From: Zygnema circumcarinatum SAG 698-1b
Taxonomy: Eukaryota > Plantae > Zygnematophyceae
Assembly: GCA_037447605.1 (NCBI GenBank)
Contig: CM074814.1
Location: forward strand, 1,054,001 to 1,118,000
Length of the DNA stretch: 64,000 nt
Direction of reading: 5' to 3'
Below are positions 33,042-44,847 of the stretch, piece after piece. The stretch's first letter is position 1, and each line of letters opens with the position of its first letter. Below the pieces are notes generated by a model, which was not told the origin of the DNA, did not search any database, and was given only the letters and a program-made list of their open reading frames with translations. Position numbers and translations under genes: made by a program.

Positions 33042-36000
33042 ATGCCTCGCTGCTTCTATGAGGTGCTGAATGTTGAGCGGACGGCCTCTCAGGACGAAAT
33101 TAGGGTTTCGTACCGCAAGCTGGCGCTCGCCTGGCATCCAGATAAGAACAGGGAGCAAATAGAGGAAGCGACAGCGCGCTTCAAAGAGATTCAGAACGCA
33201 TATGAAGTTCTGAGTGACAAAAACGAGCGGTCTTGGTACGACAGCCATCGGGAGTCCATCATCCACAGCGACGATGACAGTCCTCAAAGGAGCAACGGAA
33301 AATCAGAGATGCCTGAAGACATCAATCTCTGGTCCTTTTTCTCAGGATCAGCGTTCTTTGGCTACGGAAATATCGGGAAAGGCTTCTATTCTGTTTACGG
33401 CGATGTATTTGATAGGATTCAGAAGCAGGAGCTGCAGTTCGCGCATAGAGAAGGGAAGGTCATTGCGGACGCTCCAAAGCTCGGGAGAAGTGACTCGCCT
33501 TCGTCAGAGGTGTCAGCATTCTACAGTTATTGGACTAATTTTGTGACTATCAAGGATTTTGCGTGGTGCGATGAGTATAACCTGGCGACTGCACCACAAC
33601 GCAAGGTGAGTCCTTTGAGCTTTTGGAGAGAGAGTCTTCAACAGCAGGGCAGGTGGTTTGCGTCTCCTTCTTGCAGTGTAGTAGTCTCCAGACAACATTT
33701 TTTTCTATATATATATACAACGCCGTTCCTTAGTTAATTTGAGCGTGGCATCGCCTTTTCACTTTGCGAATTTCAGACAGTTGTAATTCAAGTGTCAACG
33801 TTGACGTTCTCTGCCTGGAGTTATGCAAGCTGCGGTTGTTTGACAAGCAGGTTCCTGTGTTCTTACAATGCTCTAAGTTTGGTTAATTCAAGGCACAACA
33901 AGGGATTGATTTTTTATTTTGTGATAGGTTCGGCGGCTGATGGAGGAAGAGAATAAGAAAACTAGAAAAAAGAACCAGAAGAAGTTCAATGATGAAATTC
34001 GGCAGCTCGCTCTCTATGTGAAGAAGAGAGATAAGCGGGTCATGGAGTATCAAATGGAAGCTCAGATGGAGGCTCAGAGACTACAGAGAGAGCGAGAAGC
34101 AGAGCAGAAAAGCAGGAAAGAAGCTGCACAACGTGAGAAGATGTTGAAAGCACAGCAATATGTTGAACAGGATTGGACTAAAGTGGATGATGATGAAGAG
34201 GAAGAGATAATTAGCGGATGGGATTACAACTCAACCAGGGAGGGAGAGACGTCTGTTCCAGTTAATCAGAATGACTATTACTGTATTGCTTGCGGTAAGA
34301 ATTTTAAGTCAGAAAAGCAGTGGAAAAATCACGAAAAGAGCAAAAAACATAAGGAGAAGCTGGCAGTGTTACGGGATGTCTTGTTAGACGAGGAAGAGGA
34401 AGTAGAGGAGGTCGAGGAGGTGGAGCTTGCGGAAGAGCCTTCAGCCAGCCATGAGGAGAATGGAGAAGGAAGGAGAGAGGTAGGTGATAGCAAGGAAGAT
34501 ATGGAATATAGTAACGGAAACTCAGCTGGGCGAAATGGCACTTTGAATCATAGCAACAACAGGGTTAAGGATAAGGTAGGCAATGGACTGGGCCGCTCTA
34601 CTGAGCGAGCAAATCAGTCGCTCAATCCGGAGACTGATGAGGAGGATAGTGCTCGTGAGGAGGAGGACGATGAAGCCATTTTAAAGTGGATGCTTAAAAC
34701 CCGCCATTTGCAGAGGAATGCAAAAGAAAGCACGGACGGTTCAATTCCAGCAACTGATAGCACCCAAAGCGAAGCAAAAGTGGAAGAAATAGTGTCTCCT
34801 GAGGATAAGCAGAGTGAACTAGGGTCTGACGCAGCCAGTGAGGAAGAGGCTGAGGTCGAACAACTGGATGAGCAAGCTGAAACGGTTTCAGTGGGCATGC
34901 CAGAAACGTCGAAGGGAGTAGCGGAAGGCAAGAAGATGCCCAAGAACAAGAGTGCAGCGAGGCGGCTAGCAAAGCAGGCGAAAAAGTCCGTTGCGCACTC
35001 AGGTCGTCATGACGCTGTGCTTTCAGAAATCAAAGATAGTGTACGACAGTCATTAGCTGAAACTCACCTTGGGAATACAAGCTCGAATGATCCAGTGAGA
35101 CTGGAGGAGGAAAACGGAGCAAGTGTGCCGAAGGACGAGATTGGGGAGAACAGAGTAGGTGAAGGTCAAGCTCCAGTATCTGGGGCAGAAAGGAATGGGG
35201 ACGAAAATGGTGTAGAAGTTGGAGGGAGCACCGTGCAGCAGAATTTCAGTAGTGATAGAGACAAGGGAGGGAATGAGGAGCCCGGAAGTAGTGGGAAGAC
35301 TCAAAATGGAAGGAGAGGGGCCAAACATAAAGGAGACGCTGAGTCTTTGAAGAGTGCGCAGGCTCTACTTCAGCGGCTTCAGGAGTCCAAGAAGCAAGGC
35401 GGCAAAAAGAAGAAAGAGAAAAAAGGAAAGGTGAGAAAAATTGACAACGTTACATTCAAAGTATGCATCGGTCGGTTTGTTCACTGACCCTGAGCGGATG
35501 AAACTGGGACTATGCCCAGTTGCTGCCTGCTTCAGGTGCATCCGTAGGCTTCAAAATCTTGTCGGGGCATTTGCGTTTCTTTTCTGGGGGGGTCTCTGCA
35601 GTCTGTTTATCTAAAAGACGTCAGCAACAGAGTGACGTTCGTCTCCTTGTGTGACGTTGTGAAGCATAGCTCCATACAGTCTTTCAGCTTTATTGGACAA
35701 GACAGGAGAAGTGTGAGCTTCTCTGATAGTCAATTTCCATGCTTTCTGTTGCCTCCTTCAGGTTGATGAACAGCTAAATACGTGTGGTGTCTGCGGAGAT
35801 GATTTTGATTCTCGGTAAGTTCTACTCTTTCTTGATCCCTTTGTCTTGAGATGAACGCTCATGACGAGGTATTGCCTGCAGCAACAGGCAAAAGGCCTAG
35901 TGCTTACTGTCGGTCAGTTTGTTTTTTTTAACTTTGAAGGTGGGAGGACGAACCACCTGACAGACATTGTGGTTTGTGGGTTGTGGCAGGAACCAGCTCT

Positions 36001-36044
36001 TCAAGCACATCTCAGAAACGGGCCACACTGTCCCAAAACAGTGA
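33042..36044 (+). CDS. DNAJC21: DnaJ/Hsp40 co-chaperone, DNAJC21/JJJ1 type (J domain plus two C2H2 zinc fingers), 4 exons
   Basis: J domain with HPD motif (WHPDKN), ERSWYDSHRE, a first finger YYCIACGKNFKSEKQWKNHEKSKKH, and a terminal finger CGVCGDDFDS|RNQLFKHISETGH. Confidence 0.92.
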
Positions 36045-36569
36045 GGCTGTTACATGGCGAATGCAAGGGCTTCAGTCCCGTCAGGCGACCGTTGTCTTTG
36101 CCTGTTCTATGTTTATCTTATTGTGGGAACTCTCTTATTGGAGTGAGCGCTCCCATCTTGACCTGATGCGGAGGGAACAACTTCCTCTTGTCATAGGAAA
36201 CAGCATGAATAAAAAAAGAGAGCAAATGGTGATAGCAGTTGCTTCATCCATGCGATCCATGTTCCATGTCCGTCTTTGACACTGAAAACTACGCATTCTT
36301 TCTTCCTCCTTTTCAAATGGCCTAAAAATTGGAAAACAAAATATGGTACATACGGCCATACATTAAATTGCGTCTTGCGGTGAACCCTGTCAATGCCACT
36401 TCCACTTCACCCTCTTAGACTTTGCAGCCATAGAGCCGTTGGAATATGACCAAATTCAGGGCCCATGCAGGGTCAGAAGGGGAGCTACATGCTGGACTTC
36501 GTTCGCAGTTACCCGTTCTGTATTTATCCGTCAACGCATGAATCAGCCTCGAAAACATGCAAAACTTTG

Positions 36570-36856
36570 AATCCCGTACGTCCGTGGTACCGTCCGTACA
36601 GCCCGTCCGTGATACCGATCGTACAGTTCGTCGACACGCCACGGCCCACAATGCGGCGTGACATTGGTACAGTTCGTCCCTGATACAGTACCGTAGAACG
36701 CGTCCGAGGGATTCGTCCAGTGCGTCCACAAGCCCCCACGGTGCGTCCGTGACGTTCGTACAGTTCGTCCCGGATACCATAGAGCGCGTCCGTGACATTC
36801 GTCCAGTGCGTCCGTGAGACCCCGCGGTGCGTCCGTGACGTCCGTCCAATTCGTCC
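36570..36856. repeat. Degenerate higher-order repeat array (cgtccgtgac / gtacagttcgtc cores)
   Basis: gtacagttcgtc recurs at 36621, 36667 and 36758, with many cgtcc(g/a) units. It lies between the convergent 3' ends of DNAJC21 and the GT90 gene. Confidence 0.8.
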
Positions 36857-36996
36857 TGGCGGTGTCCCCCTTCCTCTCCCTCGTCCTCCAGAAAAGCTCC
36901 TTCAGCTTCCTTCCATCCAGAACGCCTCTCTTTGAATAAGATAGAGAGAGATAGATTACCATCTTCTTCTATTTAAGAAAGCAAATAAGCAAAAGT

Positions 36997-39900
36997 TCAC
37001 TCTCTCTCTTTTGCAGAAGGAGAAGCCTGGCGCGGTCCCAATCGCTCCAAAGTCTGGAAGACATCGGAGGAGAGCCACTGCCAGTTTTTTTCTTTGTTGG
37101 TGGAGTACGTGCACCAGTGCACGCAGGGGGGCTGCAGGTCGAACTCCTCGGGGGACCCGCACCGGGGAGCCTTCTTGCCGTAGCCCTCATAGACTTGAAG
37201 AACAGCTTGGGGAGTATTGCCGCCGCAAAGGACCGCGGGCTTTTCCACCACCACTGCTTTATCTATGGCTGTCGCCGCATACTTAGCAAGAGCTATGGCC
37301 CAGTATAGGGTTCGGCCCTCCCACGTGCATACCCAGCTGCGAATCGGATTTAGGGTGACGGAGTTAGAGGTAGGAGGGAGGATTAGGTTTCAGGGGATGT
37401 TAGGATTGGCTTTTATTAGGGTTTGGTGGGATGTTATGACTTACTTGGCGATATCGTTTGCTCTTTTCACCATTTCTCGCGATTCTTGGTCGTGGCGGCG
37501 CGCCCAGTCGATGACATCTGGCAAGTCTTGGAAGTGGTGCTGAGTTCGGAGGTAGTGCTTGCCGGGTTCAAGCAGGGGTTCAAAGAACTGCTCAAAGCCG
37601 GAGGCCTGTCGGATCATCACCTGCTCTCCCCTCCACCGCCTTTTCGTTAAGACAAACCGTTATAATCTCTTCCTTCTTAACCTTAGGAAGCGTTGGCTCG
37701 GTCAACGCATCTAGTCAGTCAGTCAGTCACCCCTCACGCAGCATATACAGTGTGCTAACTGACCTGGTTGCTGGCGAGCAAGCCGCACGTGCGGCACGTG
37801 CCAACTCCTCCATCTACAGCAATCTCATACTTGAAGCGACTCTTGGCCGAGCCGCTCACTCTCTTTCCCAGTCGGACGCCGTCCGCCTCAATCCTGCCAA
37901 ACCCCCACCCTCGCACTGTGAGGGAGAGGGAGAGGGAGAGGAAACAGAGAGGGAGGGAGAGGAGGAAAGGAGAGGAGAGAGGAAGAGAATCAGCCATGCT
38001 TCTCTGTTATAGTGCTTACAAGTCCAGGTCCTCCTCCCTTATGTGGCTCCACCGCATGATGCGAGCGTCCAGAAGGTCCGGGAAAAGGTCAGACATTCTG
38101 CACAGTTATAGGTGCTCCTGCTCTGTCAGATGGGCTGAAAGGGGTCCTGGAGGAGAATGGAAGGCACGGAGAGCGATAGAGAGAGGCAAGAGGAGGGTAA
38201 ACTAAGGGGCCGAGAGGAAAGCAGACTTGTATTGGAGCATTAAGGCATCAGTCTCTTGAAGGTGTTGAACCCCCGTTTCTAAAACTCAAATTGGGGAGAG
38301 ACCTGTTTCTAAATTTTCTGAAAGGCTCGTGACAATCAGACAACGAATGAACCCACCGAAAGATACTTTAGTTCATTTACGAGACCGAAACAGGCGAATG
38401 TGGACAGTGCGACAATCGACATTCTAACAACCTAACAAATAAGTGTGCCCGCTTAGCCTGAAAACTTGTAGAACTGCAACTGGTATCGTCTAATCTGCCC
38501 ACATACTCAAGAAAAGCATTGTCCGATGTGCATCTCTTCAAATAGCCCCTCGATTCAATGCAGCCACAAGGCCGAACTTTCATCCTCCCAAACCCTACTG
38601 AAATTGTGAAGTGGCCTTTGAACCAGGCTATGTGTAGTTCATTGTTTTTTTACCTGTCCTACTTTCGACAGTAAAATGACGTCAGCGGCAAGAAAGGGCA
38701 CAAAAGAAGTAATGGGGCAGGAAACGAATTGCCGTTACTTAGGAAAAGTTCATGTTTTCACAAGATTCAGGGAAGTGTGAGGTAGACCGTACAGATGCAG
38801 GCGGAGGCGAGGGCTGGCCCGCCACGTGTACTCTTGAAGGTCATAATTTGTGGAAGCTCCGCGGAAAAATGCCTTGTTCGCCTTCTCCTCCCACGCCACC
38901 TGAACCCTTCCTCCCTCAAATCTCTCACGTACTTTGACAAACTGTTTCTTCAAGTCCCTTGCCAATGCTTCAAACTGTTCAAGGAATTGCGCGAGAGGGA
39001 GCGAGAAAGGTGGGCGAGAGAGAGCGGGGAAGAGGGGGAGAGATGGGGAGGGAGAGGGAGAGGGAGAGGGAGAAGGAGAAGGAGAGGGAGAGGGAGAGGG
39101 AGAGGGAGAAGGAGAAGGAGAAGGAGAAAGAGAGGGAGANNNNNNNNNNGAGAGGGAGAGGGAGAGGGAGAGGGAGAGGGAGAGGGAGAGGCCGAGCGAG
39201 AGGGAGAGGGAGAGGGCGAGCGAGAGGTCCAGTGAGGGAGGGAGACGAAGAGGACGAGGGAGAGAGGGAGTTAGCGAGTGTGCGAGAGCGAGAGAGCCCT
39301 TACCTGCGTGGCCTGTGCGGGCATATAGTCGGGCGCGAGGTCGAGCGGGTCCGGCGCGACGATGTCGGTGGTGGTCCCCGCGGCGCGCTGCGTGGAGAAG
39401 AGGCACGAGCCGGACCGCGCGGAGGTGGCCAGGGCGTTGTCGAAACTCACGGGGAGGTCGCACGTGTTCAGGAACAGCTCCACACGGAGGTCCGTTAGCC
39501 CGTACCAGGTCACGGCGTCCTGCTCGTACAGAGAGAGAGGGGGGGAGAGAGAGGGAGGGGGGGAGAGAGGGACGGGGAGGGAGAGGGAGGGCGAGAGAGA
39601 GGGAGGGGGAGAGAGAGTGAGGGGGAGAGAGAGAGGGGGGGGAGAGAGGGGAGAGAGAGAGAGGGGGGGGAGAAGAGGAGAGAGAGCGAGAGAGGGGGGA
39701 GAGAGGAGAGAGAGAGAGAGAGGGAGAGAGGAGAGAGAGAGAGAGAGAGAGGGAGGGGGGGGGGGACAAGTTTGAAAGGGGGTGTTAATTTGGAGGTTTA
39801 TGTCACTTTTGCGCAAGACAACAGAAGTTCTTGTGCAATTCCTGGGGCGAGCTGCTGTGCAACACTCGGTTTGCAAGCAGCGGAACATGGACACTATATT

Positions 39901-42900
39901 CGGAAGACGATTAACCCGGTTTTCGCCAAATTCCAGTTTTACGGACAGGGAAACTGATTTGGTCGATTCAAAAATAGGCGTCGCCTTACAGTGCTCTCGT
40001 GTATAGGAGGGAGAGAGGGAGGGAGGGAGGGAGGGCAGTGCAGTGCAGAGTTGAGCAGCTTGCCTGCAGCATTTTGATGCTCTGGTTGAAGCGGCGCAGG
40101 CGATACCATGTGCTGATGAACCCTCCGTACCGGAAGTAGACCTTCCCCTCCACAATGCGCACGTGGCCGGCGCAGGACATGAACTGCCCCCCCCCCAAAA
40201 GCGAGCGTGTGGGTTGGCATTCATGGGCGGGATTTGAAGATAGATGGGTTTCTAGAAAGCATGGGAAAGGGGGGGTTTGCGGCCTGTCCTGCTACGGTAA
40301 GGTAAAGGTAAAGGTATAGGTAAAGGTAAAGGTAAAGGTAAAGGTAAAGGTAAAGGTAAAGAAGGTAAAGAAGGTAAAGAAGGTAAAGGTAAAGGTAAAG
40401 AAGGTAAAGGTAAAGAAGGTAAAGGCAAAGGTAAAAGTGAAGAAGGTAAAGGTAAAGGTAAAGGTAAAGGTAAAGAAGGTAACGGTAAAGGTAAGGTTAT
40501 AAAGGGTGAAGACTTCCGTACACTTAGTTCTTCTACAGATCGTTACAGGAGCATAGCATATTCGAGAGGCGCTTGGAGATGCGGAGAGGTTGATTCATTA
40601 TTTTGGTTATTTTGGATTTTTTTGGGAAGTGTGGCGAGCTGAACTACGGNNNNNNNNNNGAGAGGGAGAGGGAGAGGGAGAGGGAGAGGGAGAGGGAGAG
40701 GCCGAGCGAGAGGGAGAGGGAGAGGGCGAGCGAGAGGTCCAGTGAGGGAGGGAGACGAAGAGGACGAGGGAGAGAGGGAGTTAGCGAGTGTGCGAGAGCG
40801 AGAGAGCCCTTACCTGCGTGGCCTGTGCGGGCATATAGTCGGGCGCGAGGTCGAGCGGGTCCGGCGCGACGATGTCGGTGGTGGTCCCCGCGGCGCGCTG
40901 CGTGGAGAAGAGGCACGAGCCGGACCGCGCGGAGGTGGCCAGGGCGTTGTCGAAACTCACGGGGAGGTCGCACGTGTTCAGGAACAGCTCCACACGGAGG
41001 TCCGTTAGCCCGTACCAGGTCACGGCGTCCTGCTCGTACAGAGAGAGAGGGGGGGAGAGAGAGGGAGGGGGGGAGAGAGGGACGGGGAGGGAGAGGGAGG
41101 GCGAGAGAGAGGGAGGGGGAGAGAGAGTGAGGGGGAGAGAGAGAGGGGGGGGAGAGAGGGGAGAGAGAGAGAGGGGGGGGAGAAGAGGAGAGAGAGCGAG
41201 AGAGGGGGGAGAGAGGAGAGAGAGAGAGAGAGGGAGAGAGGAGAGAGAGAGAGAGAGAGAGGGAGGGGGGGGGGGACAAGTTTGAAAGGGGGTGTTAATT
41301 TGGAGGTTTATGTCACTTTTGCGCAAGACAACAGAAGTTCTTGTGCAATTCCTGGGGCGAGCTGCTGTGCAACACTCGGTTTGCAAGCAGCGGAACATGG
41401 ACACTATATTCGGAAGACGATTAACCCGGTTTTCGCCAAATTCCAGTTTTACGGACAGGGAAACTGATTTGGTCGATTCAAAAATAGGCGTCGCCTTACA
41501 GTGCTCTCGTGTATAGGAGGGAGAGAGGGAGGGAGGGAGGGAGGGCAGTGCAGTGCAGAGTTGAGCAGCTTGCCTGCAGCATTTTGATGCTCTGGTTGAA
41601 GCGGCGCAGGCGATACCATGTGCTGATGAACCCTCCGTACCGGAAGTAGACCTTCCCCTCCACAATGCGCACGTGGCCGGCGCAGGACATGAACTGCCCC
41701 CCCCCCAAAAGCGAGCGTGTGGGTTGGCATTCATGGGCGGGATTTGAAGATAGATGGGTTTCTAGAAAGCATGGGAAAGGGGGGGTTTGCGGCCTGTCCT
41801 GCTACGGTAAGGTAAAGGTAAAGGTATAGGTAAAGGTAAAGGTAAAGGTAAAGGTAAAGGTAAAGGTAAAGAAGGTAAAGAAGGTAAAGAAGGTAAAGGT
41901 AAAGGTAAAGAAGGTAAAGGTAAAGAAGGTAAAGGCAAAGGTAAAAGTGAAGAAGGTAAAGGTAAAGGTAAAGGTAAAGGTAAAGAAGGTAACGGTAAAG
42001 GTAAGGTTATAAAGGGTGAAGACTTCCGTACACTTAGTTCTTCTACAGATCGTTACAGGAGCATAGCATATTCGAGAGGCGCTTGGAGATGCGGAGAGGT
42101 TGATTCATTATTTTGGTTATTTTGGATTTTTTTGGGAAGTGTGGCGAGCTGAACTACGGCTAATTATCAAAGTTTCCTTTTGCGAACAAAAAAAAACTCC
42201 CAAACCCACCTTCCCGCTCCCCCTTTATTCGTTCCTATACAAATAAAGGAAAATCTGTCTTGCGGAAAGGACAAAGCCACCGCCTTGAAATTTCCCTCCC
42301 CATACAAAAAAAAAAAAAATTGCTCCTTTATCACTGTGAAAAAAAAAAATTAGGAGGCTTTGAGACACCTTCAAAACCGACAGCGAAAACTAAACGCCCG
42401 CTCACTCGCAACCTTCCTTGGCATTTATAAAATAAAAATAAAATAAAATAAAATAAAAAACGGAAAAACCCATGTGCATTTTCAAAACCCCAAAAGCCCA
42501 AGAACGAAAAACCCGAAAAACCACAAGCTTCCAACTACCCCTGCCAAAAAACCACGCTGACGTCAGCTCCTCGTAAGCAGAGATTCAGCAGCTGCCCTAC
42601 CTGCGGCTTCTCCGCCATCATTTGAAGCATCTTCTTGTTGACCATGCCGGAGCTTCCCATGCCCTCCGCGATGCCCTCAATGGGCGAGAACACGCTCAGC
42701 ATCTTGTCCAACATTTCGGCATACTTCAACACAATTGGGCTCGAAAGGTTAAACTCCGCCCGGTCCCGAATTCCCCTCAAGGGGTCCCTCCAGCTGCTGT
42801 TCTGCATCCTGCTCCCAAACATACCTGCGTGTCACTGAGAGCCCTCCTACTTTGCCTTGCATCGCTCCTTTAAAAGAAAACGTTTTCAAAAAAACCGTAA

Positions 42901-43202
42901 ACAGCGTAAGGGGATATATGAGATGCTTGCTTATTCGGATACATATTAGCATATTTAGTAAAGAGGGCTTTAAATTATGAATTCATTTCATAATTTACTG
43001 ACCATGAATTTGTGCCTGTGCTGAGAGTCTCCCTACGCTCTACTTCCAGAGGCAGAGCTCCCCCTCCCGCCCCTCCTCCGACAAGGTGCTGCCCCTCCTG
43101 CCAAATCAGCAGCGCGAGGGCCACGCCCAGCCACGCGATGCTCACCTCGCACGCCCCCGACGAGGACGAGGGCGAGGGCGAGGGCGCGCGGCTCCGGATC
43201 AT
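36997..43202 (-). CDS. Glycosyltransferase family 90 (CAP10 domain), type II membrane protein, about 9 exons
   Basis: An N-terminal hydrophobic anchor (IAWLGVALALLIW) is followed by RIVEGKVY, ELFLNTCDLP, DIVAP, VAWEEKANKAFFRGAST, PDLLDARI, FKYEIAVDG, QFFEPLLEPGKHYL and DLPDVIDWARRHD, the motif order of CAP10/GT90. The donor of exon 1 is ambiguous. Two exons appear twice because of the 1500-bp duplication. Confidence 0.85.
39150..40649. other. Exact 1500-bp duplicate of 40660-42159, bounded by two 10-N gaps (probable assembly artefact)
   Basis: The copies appear identical by eye. Ns lie at 39140-39149 and 40650-40659, and the length is exactly 1500 bp. Confidence 0.9.
41806..42005. repeat. 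Intronic (GGTAAA)n minisatellite with interspersed GAA (duplicate at 40296-40495)
   Basis: About 200 bp of ggtaaa units with occasional gaa insertions. Confidence 0.95.
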
Positions 43203-43688
43203 CTCCCTCCTCTCACTCTCACTCTCCTCCCGCTCCCTCCCCCTCCCCACTCTCTCCTTAAAATCTCTCCTTCAGATCCCAACTCCTTCCGCTTTCGTGG
43301 AGATCTACCCTACAGCGAGTGCGCCCGCGCGCGAGAGGGAGAGAGTGAGAGAGAGAGAGAAAGAGGAGAGGACGAGAGAGAGGGAGAGGCAGCTGGAGAT
43401 AGAAGGGGGGAGAGGCAGCGGGAGGGGGCCCCGGCGGCAGTTAGAGCGCGGCGGGTCCACCTGCGGGGCGGTCCTTCTGGGGAGGGATGTCCGTACAGAT
43501 TTGCACGCGCGGCTCAAGAGCTGTTGCCTCCGTACCGTACCTATCTCTGTACTTTTTTCGTACAATTTGTCATTTTCTGGTCCTCCTGGGCGGCATCTCT
43601 GCGTTCAGCACCTGGGACATTTAACGGCTTTCGTACGGAGACCATATGACTTTATCGAAGAGAACTACGGACCACGTACGGCTGGTAG

Positions 43689-44387
43689 TATCGTAAAACC
43701 GAACAAGTTGAGAAAATGAAAAACGAGTTCACTTACTTCAATTTTTCAATGATTCTATATGATGGATGTGGCATTGATTTCACGATGGCGGTGATGCCAT
43801 CAAATGTACATGGACAAAATCAACAACATGGGAAACCACGAGGAACCACTGGTCGCTAAGGACTTCAGGACAAAAGAAAAATTTGGGTCGAACTTTGAAC
43901 ACTCGAGGGCGAAACTTTTTCGATTTAAGAAAGCGAAAAGTCTTAAAGAAAAAGTTCAAACACTCAATGTGTTCGGCCGCACTTGTGGATTCCACTTTTT
44001 GCCACGTTGGTTCAGTGCGATTCGAGGGATCCGATTTACCCGGACCTCGTTTTTTTTGTACGACTCTTTCCGCGACCCGATCAACAACTTTTGTACGGAG
44101 AATCGGGTCCACGCGCTTTGCGATCCGCTAAAATCTCATTGTTGATCGGTGGACCCAAGGAAAACTCAAAATGAACACGAACGATAATTAACTGTTCAAT
44201 GTTAAATTGGTTTTCCATAAAAATTGTATTGAGAAAAAAATTAGAAATTCATTTCTCAAAATGAATCGTGTTCACAAATATAAGGTTTCCTTTTGAGAAA
44301 CTGGTTTTTGAAAGTTTTCGTTTTGAGAAGCCAAAATCTTTAATTTCTATCTTTTCTTTTTTTCTCAACCTGTTCGGTTTTACGATA
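43689..44387. mobile_element. Second MITE-like element with about 28-bp terminal inverted repeats and TA ends
   Basis: 43689-43716 (tatcgtaaaaccgaacaagttgagaaaa) matches the reverse complement of 44360-44387 (tatcgtaaaaccgaacaggttgagaaaa) with 1 mismatch. The interior is AT-rich with no recognisable transposase. Confidence 0.65.
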
Positions 44388-44492
44388 TAAGAAAGCAGGT
44401 TGCGTCCGTACAGACTCGGGGCAGTTGACCGTACGGAGATGGAAAGCGACTCGGCTTGGGGGGACAACTGGTTTAGGATTGCAGGTTTCTGG

Positions 44493-44542
44493 TGACGTCA
44501 CATATTGACGGAAAATGACGTTGGTTTTCAACCGTGGTGACG
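44493..44542. promoter_or_regulatory. Cluster of four TGACG (as-1/CRE-like bZIP) cores
   Basis: TGACG occurs at 44493 (perfect TGACGTCA palindrome), 44506, 44516 and 44538, in the GT90/ApaG divergent spacer. Confidence 0.35.
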
Positions 44543-44847
44543 TAACTGAGAGGCTGCCAAGTTACGAGGTCCAAAATGTATGCCAGCGTGGCGATTTTCC
44601 ATTGGCTGTTATTTTTTTTTGTTGAAAACTTCCACGCGCGGGTTTTCTTCGTCCACTCGTGGTTTCCTGATCTCACTAGGAGGACTCGACTAGGACCACC
44701 ATAATCGAAATTAGTACTAACGTTTCGTTTCGTCGCACCTTAGAGTACAAGTAGTCACATGAGAGGTACTGTTTCGAGGTAAATCCTAATGCCGAAGGTC
44801 CAGGCCGGCATTGCCCACCGCTCTCACGGCGTCCTGTTTTTTGCCTC

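Noticed and set aside
33940-35450. Long acidic and lysine-rich insert in DNAJC21 as a novel domain
   Set aside because: It is low-complexity, disorder-like sequence between the two zinc fingers, a region that is variable in this family.
38750-41734. Long ORFs of 180-340 aa (e.g. 38750-39769, 39271-40224, 38934-39620)
   Set aside because: They are stop-free readings through GA/CT microsatellites and N gaps. Only the embedded GT90 exons are protein-like.
41806-42005. (GGTAAA)n as an interstitial telomeric repeat
   Set aside because: The unit has only two Gs and does not match TTTAGGG, TTAGGG or TTTTAGGG types known from green plants and algae.
39150-42159. Tandem duplication of two phase-0 GT90 exons (120 and 216 nt), suggesting mutually exclusive exons or an internal domain repeat
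   Set aside because: The copies look identical even across microsatellites, the first is exactly 1500 bp and is bounded by 10-N gaps on both sides. This is typical of a scaffolding artefact. Read depth or long reads would settle it.
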